In this document: positions 55,205 through 64,000 of the stretch, in pieces
Layout: every line of letters starts with the position of its first letter
Position numbering within the stretch: position 1 is the stretch's first letter
Source: Candidatus Methylomirabilia bacterium
Lineage (GTDB): Bacteria; Methylomirabilota; Methylomirabilia; Rokubacteriales; CSP1-6
NCBI GenBank assembly: GCA_041492755.1
Contig: JBGPXN010000004.1
Location: 1,373 to 65,372, forward strand
Direction: 5' to 3'
DNA: 64,000 bases
Made by a program: the position numbers and the translations under genes
The notes under the pieces: generated by a model
What the model saw: the letters and a program-made list of their open reading frames with translations, nothing else
Told to the model about the DNA's origin: nothing
Databases searched by the model: none

Positions 55205-56536
55205 ATGACACGTCGCGTGTGGATGCTCGCGCTGCTCTTCCTGGCCGGTTGCGCCACCGGCAGTCACGGAGGGGGCTCCAGTGCGTCGGGTCCCTCCACG
55301 CCGGTGCGCACGGTGCTCCCGAACGGCGTGGTCCTCATCGCCCACGAGCACCGTGCCAGTGACGTGGTCGCGCTACAACTGTGGGTCCGCGTGGGCGGCC
55401 GCGATGAAGCGCCCGACGAGCTCGGCCTGTCGCACTATCTCGAGCACATGCTGTTCAAGGGCACGCCCACGCGGCCGCCGGGCTCGATCGACTCGCTGAT
55501 CGAAGGCCTCGGCGGACAGAGCAACGCGTTCACCTCGCACGACTTCACGCACTACGACGTGGTGGTGCCCGCCGCCCACCTGAAGGCGGGCGTCGAGCTG
55601 CTCGCGGACATCGCGGTCAACGCCAATTTCGATCAGGGTGAGCTCGACGCCGAGCGCAAGGTCGTGTTCGAGGAGATGAAGCTCACCGAGGATCGCTCCG
55701 ATCAGTTCCTCGTCCGGCGTCTCTACGAGATCGCGTATGCGCCCCATCCCTACGGCCGGCCCATCCTCGGGACGCGCGAGCTGATCGGCGCGCTGACGCG
55801 CGAGCGCCTCGCCCAGTACTACAAGCGGCTCTACACGCCGCGCCACCTGGTGCTCGTCGCCGTCGGCGCGGTCACTCCCGCCCAGGTGCGCGCGGTCGCG
55901 GAGGCGACGTTCGGGCGGCTCACCGATGGTCCGGCCTCGCGCGCACCCGCGCCGGCGCCCACGCCGCTCGACGGGGGCCGCAAGGTCGACGTGCCGCGTC
56001 CCGAGCAGCAGGCCCACCTCGGATTGGCGTGGCAGGTGGCGTCGACCTCCAATCCGGACGTCTACGCCGTGGACCTGCTCAACTACGTGCTCGGCGACGG
56101 GGCGAGCTCACGGCTGAACCAGACCGTGCGTGAGCGCGAGCGCCTGGTGTTCTCGGTCGAGTCCGCCTACGGTGCCTGGGACAAGGCCGGCCTCCTCACG
56201 GTGACGGCGCGTCTGGAGCCCGCCAACATCGAGCGCACGGAGCGCGCCATCCTCGACGTGATCCGGAAGGTGCAGGCCGAGGGCATCACCGAAGCCGAGC
56301 GCCAGCGGGCCATCATCACCGCGGAATCGAACTACGCGTTCGACATCGAGACGGCCGAGGGACTGGCCAAGACCTACGGGACGGCGGAGGTCACATGGAC
56401 GCTCGACGACGAGCTGCAGTACCTGTCGCGGCTGCGCCGAGTCACGGCGGCGGAGATGCAGGCCGCCGCACGAAAATACCTCGGCGAGAACAACTACGCG
56501 CGCGTGCGGTTCCTGCCGCGGGGAGCCGCGCGGTGA
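55205..56536 (+). CDS. M16-family zinc peptidase (active subunit)
   Basis: Lipobox-like LLFLAGC. The HxxEH motif is present in LSHYLEHMLFKGT. Confidence 0.9.
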   Translation: MTRRVWMLALLFLAGCATGSHGGGSSASGPSTPVRTVLPNGVVLIAHEHRASDVVALQLWVRVGGRDEAPDELGLSHYLEHMLFKGTPTRPPGSIDSLIEGLGGQSNAFTSHDFTHYDVVVPAAHLKAGVELLADIAVNANFDQGELDAERKVVFEEMKLTEDRSDQFLVRRLYEIAYAPHPYGRPILGTRELIGALTRERLAQYYKRLYTPRHLVLVAVGAVTPAQVRAVAEATFGRLTDGPASRAPAPAPTPLDGGRKVDVPRPEQQAHLGLAWQVASTSNPDVYAVDLLNYVLGDGASSRLNQTVRERERLVFSVESAYGAWDKAGLLTVTARLEPANIERTERAILDVIRKVQAEGITEAERQRAIITAESNYAFDIETAEGLAKTYGTAEVTWTLDDELQYLSRLRRVTAAEMQAAARKYLGENNYARVRFLPRGAAR

Positions 56537-57852
56537 GCCGCCGCCTGGTCGCGCTTCTGGCCGTCGGTGTTCTCGTCGCCGGCCTCGTGCCGGCGCCCGT
56601 CATCGCGCAAGCCCCCAGCGGGACCGTCGTCCGGGAGCGTCTGGAGAACGGGCTCACGGTCATCGTCCGGGAAAACCCGCTGGCGCCGGTCGTGGCCGTC
56701 TCGCTGCTGGTCGCCATGGGTTCGCGGTGGGAGCAGCCGCCGACCGCCGGTATCTCCAACTTCGTCCACGCCGTGATGGTGAAGGGGACGCGCAAGCGGA
56801 GCGGGAGCGAGATCGCCGATGCGGTGGCCGCGATGGGCGGCAAGATCAGCGGTTCCGGTGACGTCGATTATTCCGGCATCAGCGGCACCGCGCTCAGCCG
56901 GTTCTGGCGCGATCTGCTCACGCTGACGGCGGAGCTGGCGCTCGAGCCGGTGCTGTCCGCCGACGAGGTCGAGCGCGAGCGGGAGTGGCTGCTGTCGCGG
57001 ATCCAGCGCCGGCGGGACAATCCCTCCTCGCGCGCGTTCGACGAGTTCTACGCCGCCCTTTACGGAACGCATCCGTACGCGCTGCCCTCGCTCGGCACCC
57101 CCGACTCGCTCAAGCGCATCGACCACCCCGCGATCGTCGACACGTACCGCGCCAACTACCGCGCCGATCGCATGACGCTCGCCCTCAGCGGCCAGGTGAA
57201 CGCGGCCGAGGTCGTTGCCGAGGTGCGGCGCCTCTTCGGCGGCATGCCGAGTGGCCCGGCCGCGGCGGACCCCGCAGTGCCGGCACCGACGGCGAGCGGC
57301 AAGCGCATCGTGATCGAGCAGGCCGCGCAGCAGGCGCAGATCCTCACGGGCGGACTGGCGCCCGCGCTCGATCACCCCGACCACGCGGCGGTGAAGGTCC
57401 TGAGCACGGTGCTGGGCGGCGGCATGGCGGGACGACTGTTCGCCGAGCTGCGCGACAAGCAAGGTCTCGCGTACGCCGCGAGCGCGTTCTACGATCCGGT
57501 GCGCGAGCCGGGCGCCCTCATCCTCTACCTCGGCACGTCGCCCGAGAGCGCGGCCGGCGCGGAAGCGGCGCTGATGAAGGAAGTCGCGCGCGTGCGCACG
57601 GAAGCGGTTGGCGCCGAGGAGCTGCTCCGAGCGAAAGGCTTTCTGCTCGGCAACTACGAGATGGACCGTCGGACCAACGCGCGGCAGGCGTGGTACCTCG
57701 CCTTCTACGCCGTGGAGCGCGTCGGCAACGATTTTCCCGAGCGCTACCGCCGCGCCGTGGAGGCCGTGACCGCCGCCGACGTGCGCCGGGTCGCCCAGAC
57801 CTACCTCTCGACACCGACGACCGTGGTCCTGCGTCCGCCCGGCGCGCGCTGA
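56533..57852 (+). CDS. M16-family peptidase-like protein (no HxxEH, probably the non-catalytic partner)
   Basis: GTG overlaps the upstream stop. ISNFVHAVMVKGT sits at the motif position. Confidence 0.85.
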   Translation: MSRRLVALLAVGVLVAGLVPAPVIAQAPSGTVVRERLENGLTVIVRENPLAPVVAVSLLVAMGSRWEQPPTAGISNFVHAVMVKGTRKRSGSEIADAVAAMGGKISGSGDVDYSGISGTALSRFWRDLLTLTAELALEPVLSADEVEREREWLLSRIQRRRDNPSSRAFDEFYAALYGTHPYALPSLGTPDSLKRIDHPAIVDTYRANYRADRMTLALSGQVNAAEVVAEVRRLFGGMPSGPAAADPAVPAPTASGKRIVIEQAAQQAQILTGGLAPALDHPDHAAVKVLSTVLGGGMAGRLFAELRDKQGLAYAASAFYDPVREPGALILYLGTSPESAAGAEAALMKEVARVRTEAVGAEELLRAKGFLLGNYEMDRRTNARQAWYLAFYAVERVGNDFPERYRRAVEAVTAADVRRVAQTYLSTPTTVVLRPPGAR

Positions 57853-57855
57853 GAA

Positions 57856-57873
57856 GGCCGGCAGCTTCCGGCC
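57856..57873 (+). terminator. short hairpin after the M16 pair
   Basis: GGCCGG-CAGCTT-CCGGCC, 4 nt after the stop. The stem is weak. Confidence 0.3.
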
Positions 57874-57962
57874 GTCCTACCGTGCGAGAGACGAACGACG
57901 CGAGCGGGGCAGGAGGCCGGAAAAGAAACGCTGGCGTCAGGGGGGCTGCGCGGCGGTCGGCG

Positions 57963-58199
57963 CTACATGCCCTCGGCCCGCTGGGCCCGGGCTTCCTCGG
58001 CCGCGCGGATCTCGTCGGCAAACATGCCGACGTGGAGCGGGCAGGGGAGCTTGTTCTCGTCGACGTACTGACAGTCGGTCTGGTTGCACTGCACGAAGTA
58101 GCCTGGCGGCCGGCCGAAGCCACCCCAGCGCCGCAGGCGGATCTGGACGTTTTCCGAAACCACTTCACAGAAAAACTCCCGAACTTTCCCTCGGCTCAC
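57963..58199 (-). CDS. small Cys-rich hypothetical protein (78 aa)
   Basis: AAGGAG, 7 nt, then GTG 58199. Contains four Cys and one His (C11, C38, C43, C53, H56). No family recognised. Confidence 0.55.
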   Translation of the reverse strand: MSRGKVREFFCEVVSENVQIRLRRWGGFGRPPGYFVQCNQTDCQYVDENKLPCPLHVGMFADEIRAAEEARAQRAEGM

Positions 58200-58411
58200 T
58201 CCGTGCTCCTTCCCGCTTCGGTGCGGAGACGACCGTCTAACCTTACGTCATCCGGCCGTTTGAGACAACGTCGGCGCGCTCTTTGCTCGCGTTCCGAGGC
58301 GCGGTTCCGGTCAACGTGGCAACGCTTCAGTTTTCAGTCGAAGATGCCGACGGTTTTGGCTATAGTCTGGCGGTAGACTCGCCGGCGGTTGCCAGTCAAG
58401 GAGGGCTTACT

Positions 58412-59422
58412 TTGCGTCGTTTCGGTGGGTTTCGGCGCGACTTCTCGACACTGACGCTGGGTGCGGCCCTCGGCCTGTCGCTGGCCGGCTGCGGCGGCCT
58501 GTTCCAGGCGCTCCACCACGACGCGTTGTTCCCCACGTCAGCCGATGCGCCCCCGCGCATCACCTATCTCGACGAACCATCCGAACCCGCCGCTGAAGTG
58601 ATCGCCACCCCGCTGCTGACCTCGGTCACAGCCGGACAGCTCCAGGAGTCCGCGGTCGACGGGGGCGCCAGCTCGGCGACGCTCGGCGAGCGTGGCGACG
58701 TGCCGCACGTCGAGATCGCCGCCGTGGACCGGATTCCGCAGATGGCGGCCGACGGCGCGCCGGCGCGCGACGGTGGGATGCTGCTGGCGCAGGCGACGGC
58801 GGCGCCGCCGGAAGTCGAAGAGTACGACCCCTGGGAGTCCTTCAACGAGACGATGTTCGACGTCAACCTCAAGCTCGACAAGTACGTGCTCAAGCCGGCG
58901 GCCCGCGCCTACCGCGTGGTGATGCCGGAGCCGTTCCAGCTCCTGATCGACAACGGCTTCAGCAACATCCGGTGGGTGCCGCGGTTCATGAACAGCCTCT
59001 TCCAGGCGAAATGGGAAGGCGCCGGCCGCGAGCTGGCACGCTTCCTCATCAACAGCACTGCCGGCATCGGCGGTCTGTTCGATCCGGCAAAGGATTACTG
59101 GGGCATCCGGCCGAGCAAGGAAGACTTCGGACAGACGCTCGGTGTCTACGGGTACGGACCAGGCCCCTATCTCGTCCTGCCGCTGCTGCCGCCGATGACC
59201 GTGCGTGACGGGATCGGAACGGGTGTCGATGGCCTCCTGGATCCGCTGTCGTACTTCATCCCGTTCATCTGGGACCGGCTCGGGATGCGGATCGGCGACA
59301 CCATCAACGACCGCGCCATCAACTACGAGCTGTTCCAGGGCGTCGAAGAAACCACCGTCGACCTCTACAGTTCCGTGCGGCACTTCTACTTGAACCGCCG
59401 GGAGCAGATGCTCAAAGAGTAG
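58412..59422 (+). CDS. mlaA: MlaA/VacJ-family lipoprotein
   Basis: AAGGAGGG then TTG 58412. Lipobox LGLSLAGC. Motifs YDPWESFNETMFDVNLKLDKYVLKP and INSTAGIGGLFDPA. Confidence 0.85.
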   Translation: MRRFGGFRRDFSTLTLGAALGLSLAGCGGLFQALHHDALFPTSADAPPRITYLDEPSEPAAEVIATPLLTSVTAGQLQESAVDGGASSATLGERGDVPHVEIAAVDRIPQMAADGAPARDGGMLLAQATAAPPEVEEYDPWESFNETMFDVNLKLDKYVLKPAARAYRVVMPEPFQLLIDNGFSNIRWVPRFMNSLFQAKWEGAGRELARFLINSTAGIGGLFDPAKDYWGIRPSKEDFGQTLGVYGYGPGPYLVLPLLPPMTVRDGIGTGVDGLLDPLSYFIPFIWDRLGMRIGDTINDRAINYELFQGVEETTVDLYSSVRHFYLNRREQMLKE

Positions 59423-59477
59423 TAACCCTCGGACGCGGGCGACGCTCCTCGGGAGCGCGCCGCGGGGCGGACAGCCG

Positions 59478-60401
59478 ATGAGTCGATGGTGGGCGGGGGC
59501 CGGCGCAGTCGCCTCGGTGGTCGTCGGATTTCTGCTGGTCTGGACGGGCGCCACGGCGGCCCCGACGGCGTCGGCGTCACGCGCCGGCGAAGCTGGGAAA
59601 GCGCTGTACGCGCGCCAGTGCGCCGTCTGTCACGGCGAATCCGGACGCGGGGACGGCCCATCCGCGGCCGGGTTCGGCACCAAGCCAGCGAATCTGGTCG
59701 ACGGGCGGCTGATGAACACGCTGCCCGACGAGTTCCTCGTCTCCATCATCCTCAACGGCGGCCCCGCGGAAGGATTGTCGCCCGGCATGCCGCCGTTCGC
59801 CGGCCATCTCAGCGAGGCGCAGACCCATCAGGTCATCGCGTATCTCCGTTCCATCGCCGATCCACCGTTCAAGCCCGAGATGGCGAAGCCGCTCGTGACC
59901 GTGAAGGGCGCCCCCAGACAGCCGATCTTCTTCAGCCACGTGATTCACGCGGGATCGTTCAAGATCGAGTGCCAGTACTGCCACGCCGATGCGCGCCGCT
60001 CCGAGTACGCCGGTCTGCCGTCGGTGGAGCGGTGCATGGGCTGCCACAAGATCATCGGCGCCACCGACAATCCCGAGATCGCGAAGATCCACGATCACTG
60101 GCGGCGCCAGCAGCCGATCCCGTGGGTGCGGGTCTTCAAGGTGCCCGAGTTCACGTACTTCCCGCACAAGGCCCACATTCGTGCGAACCTGCCTTGCCAG
60201 GGATGCCACGGCCCCATCGAACGCATGCGCGTCGTCGGCGCCGATACCGGCCGCGCCCTCGCCAACGACCTCTTGTTTCTCGTGGGCCTGAAGCCGCAGC
60301 AGCGCTCGCTCACGATGGGCTGGTGCATCGAGTGCCACCGCGAGCAGAACGCCACACGCAACATGAACGCGCCCGTGGAGTGCGTGACCTGCCATCATTG
60401 A
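59478..60401 (+). CDS. six-heme c-type cytochrome: N-terminal monoheme class-I-like domain fused to an ActA-like pentaheme domain
   Basis: Six CxxCH motifs: CAVCH, CQYCH, CMGCH, CQGCH, CIECH, CVTCH. Has an N-terminal TM/signal segment. Confidence 0.85.
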   Translation: MSRWWAGAGAVASVVVGFLLVWTGATAAPTASASRAGEAGKALYARQCAVCHGESGRGDGPSAAGFGTKPANLVDGRLMNTLPDEFLVSIILNGGPAEGLSPGMPPFAGHLSEAQTHQVIAYLRSIADPPFKPEMAKPLVTVKGAPRQPIFFSHVIHAGSFKIECQYCHADARRSEYAGLPSVERCMGCHKIIGATDNPEIAKIHDHWRRQQPIPWVRVFKVPEFTYFPHKAHIRANLPCQGCHGPIERMRVVGADTGRALANDLLFLVGLKPQQRSLTMGWCIECHREQNATRNMNAPVECVTCHH

Positions 60402-60404
60402 TGA

Positions 60405-60480
60405 CTCGGAGGGGGGCTGCGCCCCCCTTCCGACGCTCCGCGCTCCTGGCGTCGCGCTCCGCTGCCTCCCCCCAAAGCTA
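60405..60480 (+). repeat. family B repeat, short copy (the flanks only), containing a terminator-like hairpin
   Basis: CTCGGAGGGGGGCT...CCGCTGCCTCCCCCCAAAGCT is shared with 41536..41692. Hairpin GGAGGGGGGC-TGC-GCCCCCCTTC at 60408..60430. Starts 4 nt after the cytochrome stop. Confidence 0.65.
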
Positions 60481-60686
60481 GGATTGCGGCGGCAAAGCCG
60501 CCGCTCGAACCGTGCGATGTCCTCGTCGCAGCCCAACCTCGAGCCATGCCCGAACCACGCCGAGCGGCAATTCGGGCTCGCCGTCGACTTTCGCTGGTCG
60601 AGCCAAACTCCTCCCGCCGAGTGACTTCGTCGCCGCGCGATTGGTTCGAGTCGAGCTGGACCCCGCGGACCTACCGACGACGAAGG

Positions 60687-60754
60687 CGGGGGACGGGTGA
60701 TGGGGGTCGCGGGCGACTTCGTCCTCGCGGGCGACCCCCATCACCCGCCCCCCG
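60687..60754. terminator. ~68-nt GC-rich hairpin 3' of metH
   Basis: CGGGTGATGGGGGTCGC (60694..60710) pairs perfectly with GCGACCCCCATCACCCG (60731..60747), with further pairing inside and outside. Lies ~30 nt downstream of the metH stop on the minus strand. Confidence 0.6.
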
Positions 60755-60785
60755 CCGTGGGATGGCGAGGAAGGCCCGGGAGGAA

Positions 60786-63700
60786 CTACTCGGCCTTGAA
60801 ATATTTTGCCCCGGGGTGGTGGAAGACGAGGGCGGAGACGGAGGCTTCGGGGTCCATCATGAACCCTTCGGTGAGCGCGAGACCGATCTGCTCCGGCCGC
60901 AGCAGCGCGAAGAGCGTCGTCTGGTCGGCGAGGCTGGGGCAGGCCGGGTAGCCGAAGGACACGCGGATGCCGCGATAGCGGCCCTTGAGCTTGTCGGCGA
61001 TCTTGACGTCGGGCGCGTCGGGGAATCCCCACAGCGTGCGCAGGCGGGCATGGAGCATCTCGGCGAACGCCTCCGCGCACTCGATGGCGAGGGCCTGCAG
61101 CGCGTGCGACTCGAGATACTCGCCGCGCTGCTTCAGCGTTTCCGCCCGCTCGCGGACGCCCTCGCCGCACGTCACGGTGAACATCGCCACCGCGTCGTCC
61201 GCGTCGTCCCGCACGTAGTCGGTCAGGCAGAGCCGCTCGCCGTCGCGCTGGCGCGGAAACGTGAAGCGCGCCTGTTCGGTGCCGCGCGCGTCGGCCACGA
61301 TCAGGGTTTCACCGGTGGCCCGGACACGAAACCACTGGTAGATCCCGCGCGCCCGGAGCCACCCGTGCTCGGCCGCTTCGCGCTTGAGGGCTTCCACGAC
61401 CTCGTGGATCTCGAGCACCTTCGGATCGCCATCCTCGAGAAGACGCGAGACCAGGCCGCGCACGCCGAGGTGCTTGCCGTAGAGCATCTGGAGGTTCAGG
61501 TACGGATAGATGTGCGCGAGCGGCACCTCGCGCAGAAGGTGTGGCTCGAGATCCGGCGGGGCCGGAGGCTCCACGCGCGTGAGGGAGACGCGAGCCGGCG
61601 GCCGTTGATCCAGCGGCGCGGCCGGTCGCGCGGTGGCGGCATCGCCGGTGGCCAGCGCCGCCTGCTCGGCGCGCACGCGGCTGATGAGGGCATCGCGCGT
61701 CGGCGCCGAGAAGAGCTGGTTCGCAAGGTTCAGACCGTCCATCGCGTCCTTGGCGTAGACGGTCAGGCCCGCGTGCTCGGGGGCGATGCGCGTCGCCGTG
61801 AACTTCTTCGTCAACGCGGCCCCACCCACGAAGAGCGGGATCTCGATCCCGGCCGCCCGGAAGTCCTGCGCGGTGACGACCATCTGCTGCGCCGACTTCA
61901 CCAGCAGCCCGGAGAGACCGATGGCGTCGGGCTTGTGCTCCTGGCAGGCGGCGATCAACGTCTCGGGCGGGACCTTGATGCCGAGGTTGATCACCCGATA
62001 GCCATTGTTGCCCAGGATGATCTCCACGAGGTTCTTGCCGATGTCGTGAACGTCACCCTTCACCGTGGCCAGGACGAACGTCCCGCGCGTGGCCGCCTCC
62101 GCCTTCTCCATGAACGGCTCGAGGTGAGCGACGGCGGCCTTCATCGCTTCGGCGGACTGGAGCACCTCGGCCACGATGAGCTGGTTGTCGTTGAAGAGCC
62201 GGCCCACTTCGTCCATGCCTCGCATGAGCGGACCGTTGACGATGTCGAGAGGCGCCGCCTCCTTCAGCTTGGAGTCGAGGTCCTCGATCAGCCCTTCGCG
62301 GCTGCCCTCGATGATGTAGCGGGCGAGCCGCTCGTCCAGGGACAACGTCTGGGCCACCGGCGCGGCCTTTTGCCGGCCGCGGAAGTGGGCCGCGAACGCC
62401 GCCACCGGATCGGCGCCGCGTCCGAACAGAAGGTCCTCGGCCAGCCGCCGCTCTCCCTCGGGGATCGAGGCGTACCGCTCGAGCCGCTCGGTATTGACGA
62501 TGGCGTAGTCGAGGCCGGCCTTGGTGCAATGGTAGAGGAACACGGCGTTCAGCACTTCGCGACCGGCCGGGGGCAGGCCGAACGACACGTTGGAGATGCC
62601 GAGAATCGTCTTGGTCTCGGGGAAGCGCGCCTTGATCGCGGCCACGCCTTCGATGGTCTCCACCGCCGAGCCGAGGTAGTTGCGGTCGCCCGTCCCCACC
62701 GGGAAGACGAGCGAGTCGAAAATCAGATCACGCGCGGGAATACCGTAGCGCTCGGTGAGCAACGCGTACGAGCGCTCGGCGATGGCGAGCTTGCGTGTCC
62801 GCGTGACCGCCATGCCCTGCTGCTTGTCCTCGTCGATGCAGCCCACGATGACGGCCGCCCCGTAGGCGCGGAGCAGGGGGCACACGCGCTCGAAGCGCTC
62901 CTCGCCGTCCTCCAGGTTGATGGAGTTGACGATCGCTTTGCCCTGGCAGTGGCGCAGCGCCAGCTCCAGCACGCGGGCGTCGGTGGAATCGATCATCAGC
63001 GGCACCTTGACTTTGCGGGTCAGGTTCGCCATGAAGCGCTCCATGTCCGTCGTCTCGTCGCGATCGGGATTGGCGAGGCACACGTCGAGGACCTGGGCGC
63101 CGCCCCGGACCTGGGCCCGGCCGATCTCGGCCGCGCTCTCGAAGTCCTCGGCGACGATCAGCTCCTTGAACCGCCGGGAGCCGATGACGTTGGTCCGCTC
63201 GCCGACGAAGATCGCGCGATTGTCCTCGGTGGGGTAGAGCACCTCGAGGCCGCTGACGGCCTGAAGCGCGCGGGGGGCCGGCGTCCGCGGCCCTCGGCCG
63301 CGGACCATCGTCGCCAGCGCGCGGATGTGGGCCGGCGTCGTCCCGCAGCAGCCGCCCACCAGGTTGACCCAGCCTTCGTCCACGAAGCGCCGCATCTTGA
63401 ACGCCACGCTGGCCGGCGTTTCGCCGTACTGCCCGCGCTCGTCCGGCAGCCCGGCATTCGGATACACGGTCACGAAGCAGGTGGCCATTCCGGCCAGCGT
63501 GCGCAGATGATCGGTCATGAACTCCGGGCCGGTGCCGCAGTTCAGTCCGATCGAGAAGAGATTCAGATGCTCGAGCGCGACGTAGAGTGGTTCCACGCCC
63601 TGGCCGGCCAGCATCGTGCCCATCGGCTCGATGGTGGCGCTGACCATCAAGGGGACGTCGACGCCCGCTTCGCGCATGGCCTCGCGGATGCCGAGGGCGG

Positions 63701-64000
63701 CCGCCTTGACGTTGAGCGTGTCCTGCTGCGTCTCGAGCAACAGCACGTCCACCCCAGCATCGATCAGCGCGCGGCTCTGGATCTGGTAGCCCTCGCGGAC
63801 CTCGTCGAACGTGATGTTGCGGGTGACCGAGATCGACCGGGTCCCCGGTCCGAGCGCGCCGGCGACGAACCGGTCACCCGCGGTGTCACGCGCCAGGCGC
63901 GCGGCCGCGTGCGTGATCTCGTAGGCGCGGTCGGCGAGACCGTACTCGCCCAGCACCCACGGCGCGCATCCGAAGGTGTTCGTGGAGACGAGGTCGGCGC
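60786..64000 (-). CDS. metH: cobalamin-dependent methionine synthase (the N-terminus runs off the window)
   Basis: Hcy, pterin, B12 (GDVHDIGKN) and AdoMet-activation domains are all present. The frame stays open beyond 63956 to the window end (..ADLVSTNTFG..). Confidence 0.95.
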   Translation of the reverse strand, partial: ADLVSTNTFGCAPWVLGEYGLADRAYEITHAAARLARDTAGDRFVAGALGPGTRSISVTRNITFDEVREGYQIQSRALIDAGVDVLLLETQQDTLNVKAAALGIREAMREAGVDVPLMVSATIEPMGTMLAGQGVEPLYVALEHLNLFSIGLNCGTGPEFMTDHLRTLAGMATCFVTVYPNAGLPDERGQYGETPASVAFKMRRFVDEGWVNLVGGCCGTTPAHIRALATMVRGRGPRTPAPRALQAVSGLEVLYPTEDNRAIFVGERTNVIGSRRFKELIVAEDFESAAEIGRAQVRGGAQVLDVCLANPDRDETTDMERFMANLTRKVKVPLMIDSTDARVLELALRHCQGKAIVNSINLEDGEERFERVCPLLRAYGAAVIVGCIDEDKQQGMAVTRTRKLAIAERSYALLTERYGIPARDLIFDSLVFPVGTGDRNYLGSAVETIEGVAAIKARFPETKTILGISNVSFGLPPAGREVLNAVFLYHCTKAGLDYAIVNTERLERYASIPEGERRLAEDLLFGRGADPVAAFAAHFRGRQKAAPVAQTLSLDERLARYIIEGSREGLIEDLDSKLKEAAPLDIVNGPLMRGMDEVGRLFNDNQLIVAEVLQSAEAMKAAVAHLEPFMEKAEAATRGTFVLATVKGDVHDIGKNLVEIILGNNGYRVINLGIKVPPETLIAACQEHKPDAIGLSGLLVKSAQQMVVTAQDFRAAGIEIPLFVGGAALTKKFTATRIAPEHAGLTVYAKDAMDGLNLANQLFSAPTRDALISRVRAEQAALATGDAATARPAAPLDQRPPARVSLTRVEPPAPPDLEPHLLREVPLAHIYPYLNLQMLYGKHLGVRGLVSRLLEDGDPKVLEIHEVVEALKREAAEHGWLRARGIYQWFRVRATGETLIVADARGTEQARFTFPRQRDGERLCLTDYVRDDADDAVAMFTVTCGEGVRERAETLKQRGEYLESHALQALAIECAEAFAEMLHARLRTLWGFPDAPDVKIADKLKGRYRGIRVSFGYPACPSLADQTTLFALLRPEQIGLALTEGFMMDPEASVSALVFHHPGAKYFKAE

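Noticed and set aside
60640-60660. tRNA-like T-loop string GGTTCGAGTC, examined as a possible tRNA or tRNA-Sec given the Sec candidates
   Set aside because: The flanking bases do not form a T-stem, an acceptor stem or an anticodon arm. No UCA anticodon loop lies nearby.
60512-60700. 62-aa plus-strand ORF, and a read-through variant across TGA 60620, in the cytochrome/metH spacer
   Set aside because: It has no RBS and an Arg/Ser/Pro-rich composition. No redox motif sits around the TGA, so it is not a credible third selenoprotein.

Overview
This is a very GC-rich bacterial chromosomal segment. I found no rRNA, tRNA, CRISPR array, transposase or phage genes. About 70 genes can be supported from motifs. 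Many long ORFs in the six-frame track are antisense artefacts of the high GC content. Content from left to right:
- **1-8 kb:** a cupin protein, glucose-6-phosphate dehydrogenase fused to a cyclic-nucleotide-binding domain, a tandem USP, HtrA, and a secreted seven-repeat FG-GAP protein.
- **8-12 kb:** a methyltransferase, phosphonoacetate hydrolase, a tautomerase, a DksA/TraR protein, and a glutaredoxin-like gene coupled to a ferredoxin:thioredoxin-reductase catalytic subunit.
- **12-21 kb:** a Dpp-type ABC importer without ATPase genes, then assorted enzymes.
- **21-38 kb:** a catabolic island with IclR, two RidA genes, a three-subunit molybdenum hydroxylase, a Rieske oxygenase, an MBL hydrolase, a decarboxylase-like protein, and NitT/TauT-type ABC parts including three binding proteins.
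- **38-47 kb:** a radical SAM protein, OmpA/Pal-like lipoproteins, CusF-like, MlaC and Acs.
- **48-55 kb:** an ArsR-ArsI/CadI-MoaD-like operon, then a tight operon of redoxin, DUF547, GT2, TatT-like, methyltransferase and MsrPQ.
- **55-64 kb:** an M16 peptidase pair, MlaA, a six-heme cytochrome, and MetH (truncated by the window edge).

Main hunt results:
1. Two thioredoxin-fold genes are split by the ORF caller at an in-frame TGA that falls exactly on the first Cys of the CxxC motif (U-G-P-C at 11493, U-I-N-C at 50035). Each has its own RBS and ATG upstream and a hairpin downstream, so both are probable selenoproteins.
2. The G6PD-cNMP fusion is an unusual domain architecture.
3. At least five intergenic regions carry short decayed relics of unrelated genes: a sugar ABC permease, Fhs, an aldo-keto reductase, DUF72 and GroEL.
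4. Two families of GC-rich palindromic repeats sit directly 3' of stop codons, including a ~244-bp long inverted repeat.

I found no clear new multi-gene system such as a defence system. Start codons are best guesses, and all similarity statements come from reading motifs, not from searches.
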